From positions 308,570-324,047 of the forward strand of contig CAJNXB010000003.1 of the NCBI GenBank assembly GCA_905331015.1: DNA of 15,478 nucleotides. The letters run 5' to 3'. The DNA comes from Rotaria socialis. Its lineage: Eukaryota. Made by a program: the position numbers and the translations under genes. The notes under the pieces were generated by a model that saw nothing but the letters and a program-made list of their open reading frames with translations, was not told the DNA's origin and ran no database searches. Positions 8,938-15,478 of the stretch are shown here, in pieces. Every line of letters starts with the position of its first letter. The stretch's first letter is position 1.

Positions 8938-9305
8938 ATGGTTTGTTTGATCGTCCTCTTCGTATTGGTGAGAACAATCTGGATGACACACGGCGCGATA
9001 ATTCAACCTTCGAGCGACAAAAGCCTTCTTCGTCATTTAATCAAAAAGCGTATAGCTTTTCCTATTCCTCCTTGTGCTCCGGGTGGTACTATTAATCATA
9101 TTCATTGCTGTCCTCCTGGTTGTGCTGGCGGGGTTCGTTTTAATGGTATTGCTAGTCCTAGTTGTAGTACTAATGGTGATTGTTACACTTGTGGTAGTTA
9201 TTGTTTTACCTGTTATATTCTGCTTACGATGCGTGTATTGCTTCTTGTAGTACTACTTGTGGTACTGCTGGTTGTACTCCTTCTTATTCTTGTGCTGCTA
9301 AATGA
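8938..9305 (+). CDS. Small Cys-rich secreted or precursor-like protein, probably with a frame break near 9222
   Basis: Hydrophobic start MVCLIVLFVLV; basic site LIKKR; Cys-rich PPCAPGGTINHIHCCPPGCAGG...CSTNGDCYTCGSYCFTC in frame 1, then YDACIASCSTTCGTAGCTPSYSCAAK* in frame 0. The tracked ORF instead runs into low-complexity VLLLVVLLVV, typical of reading out of frame. Confidence 0.5.
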
Positions 9306-9626
9306 GCCAGGTATTTCCTGTCGCCAGAGAACCCTGATGGAAACTAATCGCGAGAGTCAGCGATAGACGAAAATTCTCCGAAAAGTGGGTAAAAAATGTA
9401 TGATTCTGTGCATCCATTTTTCTCTTTCTCGTATTATATGAACTGTACATTCCATCATTCGTGTATTCTTCTTTGATTTTATATCTTTTCTATTTCCTAT
9501 TTGTTATATAAGGACCAGCCATCTATATAGAATTGATGGCAGACCCTAACACCCCCCCCCACACTAGGTTACACAAGCATATCGGCAGATATTAATTGTT
9601 CATATAATTTTTTATCACTTTCTTGA

Positions 9627-9689
9627 GGGTGTGGGGTGTGGGTGTGACTGAGAATAAGAATACCGATATCCATACCCACACCCACATCC
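9627..9689. repeat. Telomere-like inverted pair G
   Basis: TGTGGGTGTG (9637-9646) versus CACACCCACA (9677-9686), 10/10; longer G arm gggtgtggggtgtgggtgtg. Confidence 0.8.
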
Positions 9690-9899
9690 GCGAGGTTATG
9701 TGCGGTCCTTTTCATATGGGAATGAAGAAAAAGACAAACTGTACGCTTCTTAGTAATATGAAGAATGATACCAAAATGGTATTGGTGTTTTTATATTCCT
9801 AAGTATAATTTCGATGATTTCGTCTGATTTTAGTTATTGAAATTAGGTATTCTTCCTTCTACTCTTGTTTTAGCGCGAAATATTTTGGACTGTGGTGTC

Positions 9900-11765
9900 A
9901 TGAAGGTACAAGATCTACTCATAATGTTGCTGGTATTCAAATGGCAAGTACTGGTCAAAGAATATACGCCAAAAGAAGGCTCCAGAAAGTCAGATGTAAA
10001 AATGTCACTGAACGATAATTTCACAATCACCGCTTTCAACTCTGAGAAATTCTATGTACTTTATTGCGTGTCGAATAATTCGATAAAAACATATTATAAG
10101 ATAAATTATCGCGAAGATGACGTCTATGTCTACAGTCTCTCTGTACTGAAAAATAAATCTGATCCAATTATGTCATTTTTACAAGTCGTCAAGGATATCA
10201 AGTCGAATCGATATTAACTTATCCGAGTTTCACAACAGTGTAAATTATCAATGTCGCAAGAGCATTGACAAGGTATTGAATAATATTGGTCAAGAACACA
10301 TTTTAATCAAAGTTGATATACAAGAAAAGTATGCTTACGGTTTTGCTGATTCATTTATACTTTCATATACTTTATTGGCAAATGAACTCTACCAGAACAA
10401 CAAAACAAATGTTGTACATTGTGATGGAGATAATGGACCATTTATCCCTCATGCAGCTGATCTAAACAATATCTTAAACTCTGAAAACATTGGCTACAAT
10501 CACGAATCTATAATGTCAACTTCAATTGATCATTTTGGGATGATGGCAGAGGTTGGGCAAGCACAATTGGACACAGTGACGATTACCTTTATAAATGACA
10601 GCAATACACCTACAAACATTTCTGAAATGTACCAAATAGTTGAAGATGTGAAATTGATTGACTTTGGACGTTCAGTAGCTTGGCTCGACGATAAGGGAAC
10701 ACTCGCTGTACTCATTGCCAAGTCGGGAAATCGTAGTGGACTATGGGGACGCTCCTACCTTTTTATCCTGGTACACGCACGCAACTTATTAATCCTTCGT
10801 GACGACGGCAAACTTATACATATTCCATCGACTGATCCTGGTTTCTGCTCTACGGAACATTTGGAAGTCTCTGAAGTTTACCGCGAATTGTTAACTTGTC
10901 TCGATAGTGATATATGTGCTTCGCTTTCCGTGGCTTCCCTTCGCAAGGGTTCTTCAACGAAAGAATCCACTTCGATGGTTTACTCTTTTTTATCGAAACG
11001 ATGCGTGAGTGGAACCTACAAGAGTACAACCGGCTTTGGCCCCTGTACAGTCTGTCCATCAGGAACAACAAATCCGGGAGGTAATAAGTCATCTGATTGT
11101 CAACCATGCAAGCCGGTAGAATTCTGTTCGCTGGGTGCTAGTAGTGAAGTCAATGTCACTGTGTTTAATTCTACTACGCAAGTATTCAACTATCCAGATT
11201 CGCCTATTACCGACAACTATGATGATGTATTGCTACTTAACTTCATTCCTAGTACATGGACAGCTGGTTGCGTCTTATCTTCACCTCTCTTCGTTGCTGT
11301 TCTATTCATAATACTTTCTTTCATAATATTGCTCATTATATTAACCATTAAAAAACGACAACCGACTTCATTTGACACTCATCGGGAACGGGCAAAACGC
11401 ATTCTCAAGCACACTGACCTTATCGGAGAAGAAGAACGCTTGGTTGGTGGTCTCGCATCGATTGCCATTTTTCCAATTATCATATATTCTATCGTTTTTG
11501 CCGTCTATTATTTTTTTTCATATTCCTCCGACAGCACATGAATTCGTGAAGCATGTAACGACAGTCTACGAAATACGAAATTTGATAATGCTTTGCAAAC
11601 TGTAACGATTTAAACAATAATTTCACAGCATCATTCAGTTTTCAAGTACCCACTCATACTTCTACTGTTCAAGTCACTATCAACGGACCCTATTTTATTG
11701 GGGCTATTCGACTTTGTCTGCATGGATTACCAAAATTCGAAACGGAATTTGGCAACCAACACTAA
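9900..11765 (+). pseudogene. Multi-pass/TM protein with extracellular Cys-rich (GCC2/GCC3- or TNFR-like) domain; main intact block about 10150..11541; gene as a whole appears disrupted
   Basis: Putative signal MKVQDLLIMLLVFKWQVLV at 9900 in frame 0; frame 1 from about 10150 with CVSGTYKSTTGFGPCTVCPSGTTNPGGNKSSDCQPC, TM1 PLFVAVLFIILSFIILLIILTIKKRQP, TM2 LVGGLASIAIFPIIIYSIVFAVYYFF. Coding-like sequence continues past the TGA at 11539 and again in frame 0 up to a TAA at 11763. Confidence 0.65.
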
Positions 11766-12474
11766 TCAAGATATTCAACAACAGTATTGCGCGAAGAATA
11801 CTATAAAAACTCCAGAAGAGTCAGCAATTATTGAATATTCGGAGCCCCCTCGTTATCTATCGACTGGTGAGTGATAATCCTTGTTATATAAGTTGTGTCA
11901 GACAATATGAGATGTAATTGCAAAATCAGAAATTGGTTCCAATAAAAAGTAACAGTTCTCATAAGATTTTCTTCGCCATTATTTGATTAATGATGAATCA
12001 ATGAAGAGTTGATCATTGTTCAGAATACTTTTTAATCTCTCTATCTACATTATGGCTTTCATTTCGCTAAAAGGTGCAGTTAACTTTAGGGTAATTCAAC
12101 AAGTCAATTTAAAACTATTAGTAATCTAAATCACCTGAAATATTTAAAAAATATCATGTTTTCTCAGAGTTTGACAATTTAAAACATCGAAGCTCATATT
12201 GGATGCATGTTTTATGTACAAAAACTTACCAGAACCTGGAATCGTATAAGATTTCTAAAATTTCATCAAATTTTTTTATGAGTTCCCAAATTTTCCCTTC
12301 TTAATACTTGAAAAAATATAATCAATTATTGTTCTTGTAGCTCAGCCTCCTTTTTCGTTGACAACACCATCAACCACCCAATCTATTCTATCATCTGATT
12401 ATTTGACTGTTTCGTGTCCACGTTCATACTTTGACAAACGGTTCAACATGTATGCCGAGAAATCAAAACGCTGA
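11629..12474 (+). other. Possible 3' exon pair: (11629)..11866 joined to 12341..12474
   Basis: Acceptor-like tttcacag at 11621-11628; donor cactg|gtgagt-like (cgactg|gtgagt) at 11867; acceptor gttcttgtag|ct ending 12340. The join keeps frame: ...EYSEPPRYLST-A-QPPFSLTTPSTTQSILSSDYLTVSCPRSYFDKRFNMYAEKSKR*. Confidence 0.3.
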
Positions 12475-12787
12475 ATTAAATCCACAAATTAGGTATCTCC
12501 AGCAATGCCAAACTAATACTGGCCATGATGATTAGGAATGAAGACGAGACGATGCTGCTAAGTTGTCGCTCTTTGTCAAGAACAACAATGATACAGACAA
12601 CTATTTCGTGAAAGAATCAGCCAATTAACACGAAGTATATTCATATCTATTAAGACAATTATAACTAATGCAAAACAACCAATAGAGTTAGACATTACCC
12701 TTTTTCGGTTTTTCTCTGTTTGATCAGTATATTTTTATGTTGGTGATACTAGAATAGCAACAGCATTTACTTACTCCTTCTTGTAAT

Positions 12788-13210
12788 TCATTTCATCTGA
12801 ATTACTTTGTAATTCACTTGCGTCATCCAGTGTGATATTGGATAACAAACAGAACCACTGTTACACTGGGGATGGCGAACACATTTGTGATCAGGTTTTT
12901 CACAAGTATTACCAGGGGTTTGACATGGATCGAGACGAGAACATGCCACCCAAAGAAAACCACAAATACCACTTTTATCAGAAGTTGTCAAAGGAAAACA
13001 ACCACAATCTTTATTAGTAGAACATTCACTATATTGAGATGCTTCACGGCATGTTTCTGAAGATATATATGAACTAAATAGAAAATAAAATACGTATAAT
13101 AACTACATTATTAAATGAAAAATAGTTTCATGTAGTATGCACTCTATAACAACAATCAAACTTACTTACCTAAAAAGGGCAAACAGAAGAAAGCGGAATG
13201 GTGCCGTCAT
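12788..13210 (-). CDS. Secreted cysteine-rich protein, spliced join of complement(13170..13210) and complement(12788..13073), 108 aa, 11 Cys
   Basis: Exon 1 ATGACGGCACCATTCCGCTTTCTTCTGTTTGCCCTTTTTAG|GTAAGTAAG (MTAPFRFLLFALF); exon 2 after ttttctatttag|. AG|T = Ser keeps frame. Lengths 41+286 = 327 nt = 109 codons. Product MTAPFRFLLFALFSSYISSETCREASQYSECSTNKDCGCFPLTTSDKSGICGFLWVACSRLDPCQTPGNTCEKPDHKCVRHPQCNSGSVCYPISHWMTQVNYKVIQMK. Confidence 0.8.
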
Positions 13211-14506
13211 GATATTTTTTATTGGAGAAAGTGCAAAATGACGATAACGGTGCACAATTTATTTGATATATACAGCTGGTATTTTGTATTGTCATTTTCC
13301 CATACTCATTACATAGAAACTTGATTCTACTCTATTAATCTTTTATACGACAATATTTTGAAAACGAAAAGAAACCATGACAAGAAAAAAACACAGAGTG
13401 TGTATGCATCGAATTATTCAAAAAACGCTGTTACTTAAATCTTGCCGGGTAGTTTCTCGATGACAACTCGATATTTCCTTACTGTAGAACTAAATTAGTA
13501 TTTTCATTCTACGAATAAATTAAAACTTTCCAACGAATTATTATCAGATAAAAGTCAATTAAATATTGTCTCAGACAAAATGAAATTTAAGCAGAATTCA
13601 TTCTAATTAGTCGTCATAGTGTTTAACTTTTTAAATAAATTCTAATTCAAACGTGTAATAGAAAAAAAAGTGATTATTTGTTTGAATAAAGTTCCAATAA
13701 AAAAAGATGATATTCATTTTCAGTTATTTAATTGTATATTGGCTAGAGAGATGGCTTCTATTTTAAAATGTTAAATTTATTCATGCAGACATTGAACAAT
13801 GGTAAAATCAAGATTTTCTTTGAGAATGTTTCACATATTTTCTAATAAAGAATACTGACTTGATGTTTACAAAGGCACTTAGTTTGAAAGAGTAAGAGGG
13901 TACGACAAATATCTGAATACTCTATCACAGCATCAAATATAAGAAAATTAAATAACCAAGTAAAACATTTTAAGAAGTTCGAGGATTCAATATTTTCTTT
14001 GTTTCAGAAGAATTTGATAATAAAATTAAAAAAATGGTTGTACACCAATAATAATGGAAAAGCTCGAAATTTTCATATGAAGAATTTTATCCAGATATTT
14101 GACAAGAAATAAAAATAAAATCTGAACGATAATTATTTACAACAAAAATATCAACTTTATTTTATTCCAAGCTCAGTTAAATGAAAGCTAAATGATGGAA
14201 ATATTATGGACTCGAATTCAGGTTACGTCTTGTTTCGAAAAGAAGATATCTTATATAATTATTGTTTGGGAGGAAAGGAAAAATAGAAAACAAAATTTCT
14301 AGAGCAGGACGAACGATGAAAGAGAAATGCCCAAAGTAGATAACCGTTATAATGGAACGGTCACATAAACACAAGACATTAAACCAGTTATTATTATTAT
14401 TATTTGATTTTGATTTGAAAAATTAATTACGAGAGAAAATATGTCAACATATGATAAAGATTTCTATCTATAAGATAACCGATTTGTTATTTGATATTAA
14501 AAAACA

Positions 14507-14662
14507 ATGCATGAACAACTTCCTCAAGAGTTGAAATTAGGACTTCAAGCACTCGACAGTGGTGATTATGCAAAAGCGATTGAATTCGTATCATCTGCCA
14601 AATTTGTTTCCGGTGACATCATGGATACCATCGATGAAATGGAAAAAAGAACTATAAAGTGA
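14507..14662 (+). CDS. Short hypothetical protein or first exon MHEQLPQELKLGLQALDSGDYAKAIEFVSSAKFVSGDIMDTIDEMEKRTIK
   Basis: ATG-initiated, helix-like non-repetitive composition; a 56-bp GT..AG segment 14659..14714 starts at its end. Confidence 0.3.
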   Translation: MHEQLPQELKLGLQALDSGDYAKAIEFVSSAKFVSGDIMDTIDEMEKRTIK

Positions 14663-14776
14663 TTATCAACGAATATATAATCATAAAAGAATACTTTGTG
14701 CTCATCTTCTGCAGTGGAGTGAAATGGAAAAAATTATTGATATTGTTTTATATAATTGAAAATTAAAATTAAATAA

Positions 14777-15178
14777 GATCGATTTTTTTCTTTTATTATC
14801 GATATAAATGCAAGTAATGATGACGATAATGGAACAGCAGCTGATCTTAACAGTAATGATGGTTTTTCCTCAGATAATGACTACAATGATGATGATGAAC
14901 AAGATGATACTCGAAATTTAATAACTACAACAAAACAAGAATTTTCTGGAGTGAAAGTTTTTAATACGGGGCAACCACATATAGAACATTCTTATTTTAA
15001 AGCTAAAATCAATGATGACATAAAATATATGCATAAGCAGATTGCTTGTTGGTTATTAACTGGAGAAAAAAGTAAAATGTCAACCGATCGATTACTTCGA
15101 GTATACAACAGATTAATGAAAAAAGTTGATTGCTTTTTTCTTTGTATAATATTTTTTCATTTATTTTCAATAAAATGA
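14777..15178 (+). CDS. Hypothetical Asp/Asn-rich open frame, probable exon, followed by conserved-looking segment KYMHKQIACWLLTGEKSKMSTDRLLRVYNRLMKK
   Basis: Stop-free from 14777 to TGA at 15176-15178, wider than the tracked 14951 start (GTG). Includes NASNDDDNGTAADLNSNDGFSSDNDYNDDDEQDD; AATAAA overlaps the end. Confidence 0.45.
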   Translation, partial: DRFFSFIIDINASNDDDNGTAADLNSNDGFSSDNDYNDDDEQDDTRNLITTTKQEFSGVKVFNTGQPHIEHSYFKAKINDDIKYMHKQIACWLLTGEKSKMSTDRLLRVYNRLMKKVDCFFLCIIFFHLFSIK

Positions 15179-15400
15179 ACATCGCTTTACTGACTTTCAA
15201 GTCTTGAAATAAAGAATGTGCTGAATGAGAATAAAAAAGATAATGATTGCGTGTATCCTAATCAAGGCTAATAAAATTTTTATCTAATAGTACACAAGAT
15301 ACAAAAAAGAAGATAGAAGTATCGAATTTTTATAATGGATTTCAGAAAAATAGGAAATCATTTCACGAGACTTCATCTGACTCCACTCTGAAAAAAATAA

Positions 15401-15435
15401 CGGAGGTTTACAGAACCCTCCGAAAAGGTTCTGTA
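15401..15435. other. Two overlapping, mutually exclusive short hairpins
   Basis: CGGAGG (15401-15406) with CCTCCG (15417-15422); TACAGAACC (15409-15417) with GGTTCTGTA (15427-15435), 9/9. Confidence 0.5.
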
Positions 15436-15478
15436 GATTTTCAAAATGCTCCAAATGTGTTCAAAGTCTCAAAAAAAG

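Noticed and set aside
8865-9095. ORF MIIFIYHSLLKRRTATDDNVEHQPNG...
   Set aside because: Alternative frame over the start of the Cys-rich ORF; contains no Cys pattern and ends quickly.
9552-9560. C9 homopolymer next to CACTAGG as a second copy of the element end at position 1
   Set aside because: Only the poly-C and a partial CTAG word are shared; no inverted partner or target duplication found.
1256-9689. Reading the G-rich tracts as a true chromosome end or simple microsatellites
   Set aside because: Tracts are short (11-42 bp), flanked on both sides by unrelated sequence including genes, and paired with an inverted arm; neither a terminal array nor a plain microsatellite explains that.
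12832-13060. Plus-strand ORFs MILDNKQNHCYTG... and MANTFVIRFF...
   Set aside because: Antisense shadows of exon 2 of the 11-Cys secreted protein, which has phase-correct splice sites on the minus strand.
1-15478. Penelope/Athena or other retroelement with reverse transcriptase, or hammerhead ribozyme core near the telomere-like tracts
   Set aside because: No RT, GIY-YIG or transposase motif in any supplied ORF, and no CTGATGA core was found by eye. A profile search would be needed to exclude decayed copies.
1-15478. CRISPR array, tRNA, rRNA or bacterial-type operon
   Set aside because: No regularly spaced direct repeats of 25-40 bp, no convincing tRNA B-box or cloverleaf, no rRNA-like sequence, and genes are spliced.

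Overview
This is eukaryotic genomic DNA. Three things suggest a bdelloid rotifer: FG-GAP/VCBS-like repeats, TGTGGG-type telomere-like motifs and small spliced secreted-protein genes. No database search was possible, so that assignment is inference. Coding content supported by sequence: (1) a two-exon minus-strand gene (8290..8137 + 6319..5934) that joins two ORFs of the supplied track into a 179-aa CipC-like/DUF3759 protein, a mainly fungal family, across a 1817-bp intron; (2) a two-exon minus-strand secreted 11-cysteine protein (13210..13170 + 13073..12788, 108 aa) whose signal-peptide exon is missing from the ORF track; (3) a plus-strand Cys-rich precursor with an apparent frame break (8938..9305); (4) a plus-strand multi-TM protein with a Cys-rich domain and several frame/stop discontinuities (9900..about 11765); (5) an FG-GAP repeat fragment (98..403). 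There is also a short hAT-like MITE with 14-bp TIRs and a near-perfect 8-bp target duplication (446..581). The most unusual feature is a recurring bipartite motif. Seven times between 1.25 and 9.7 kb, a G-rich telomere-like tract (GGTGTGGGTGT) is followed 13-51 bp later by its inverted C-rich counterpart (ACACCCACACC), always in the same G-then-C order. It is absent from the last 5.8 kb. Several copies lie in intergenic or promoter-like positions, and two share a 10-bp spacer word. No reverse transcriptase, transposase, CRISPR array, rRNA or tRNA could be supported.
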